In this document: positions 63,787 through 64,000 of the stretch, one piece after another
Position numbering within the stretch: position 1 is the first letter of the stretch
How the letters are laid out: the number at the start of each line of letters is the position of its first letter
Assembly (NCBI RefSeq): GCF_030028105.1
Contig: NC_092396.1
Coordinates: forward strand, 24,431,474-24,495,473
DNA length: 64,000 nucleotides
Direction: 5' to 3'
DNA from: Mobula birostris
Lineage: Eukaryota
The notes under the pieces: generated by a model
Database searches by the model: none
Told to the model about the DNA's origin: nothing
Seen by the model: the letters and a program-made list of their open reading frames with translations, nothing else
Program-made: the position numbers and the translations under genes

Positions 63787-63929
63787 TGAATAAACTCTAA
63801 TTGGGCTTCCAGCCGGGTTTAGGTATCAATTATAACCGGCGTTGCGATGACCAACTCTGCTATCTTCATCGTAACATCGGTCATAATTGATACCTGTACC
63901 TGGCTGGAAGCCCGAGAAGAGTTTATTCA
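63787..63929. repeat. ~143-bp inverted repeat, probably a second Penelope-pLTR-derived family
   Basis: tgaataaactc..gggcttccagccggg..aggtatcaattat is inverted against ataattgatacctgtacctggctggaagccc..gagtttattca; degenerate hammerhead-like centre. Confidence 0.7.
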
Positions 63930-64000
63930 TCATATACGTTGGGAGGGCACTGGATCCTTTTCGTTGCTCAGAGCAACAACATGTTGATTGGGAATCTAAA

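Overview
Eukaryotic vertebrate genomic DNA; the repeat repertoire (CR1 LINEs with (TTTCTATG)n tails, Rex/Babar, V-SINEs, Penelope-like elements) suggests a cartilaginous fish, probably a ray (inference). Three spliced genes can be reconstructed by hand with consistent GT-AG junctions and phases. (1) TMEM82 on +: 6 coding exons, 7277-23948, ~340 aa. (2) bcl2l16/Bcl-wav, a divergent Bcl-2 family gene, on -: 2 coding exons, 43122-42694 and 26252-26127, 184 aa, 16.4-kb intron. (3) The 5' half of FBLIM1/migfilin on +: coding exons from 61975, LIM exons beyond the window. Most remaining sequence is transposon-derived: a near-intact CR1 with an ORF1 esterase, a deleted Gypsy LTR element, hAT and Tc1 MITEs, tRNA-derived SINEs and a ~1-kb 22-24-bp minisatellite. 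The most notable non-genic signals are (a) a dense family of short, often palindromic, TSD-flanked Penelope-derived inserts carrying minimal type-I hammerhead ribozyme cores, plus a second such family at the window end, and (b) a 161-bp locally templated inverted insertion inside a hairpin MITE. Gene and family names come from recalled sequence similarity, not from database searches. Repeat boundaries are approximate unless a TSD is given.
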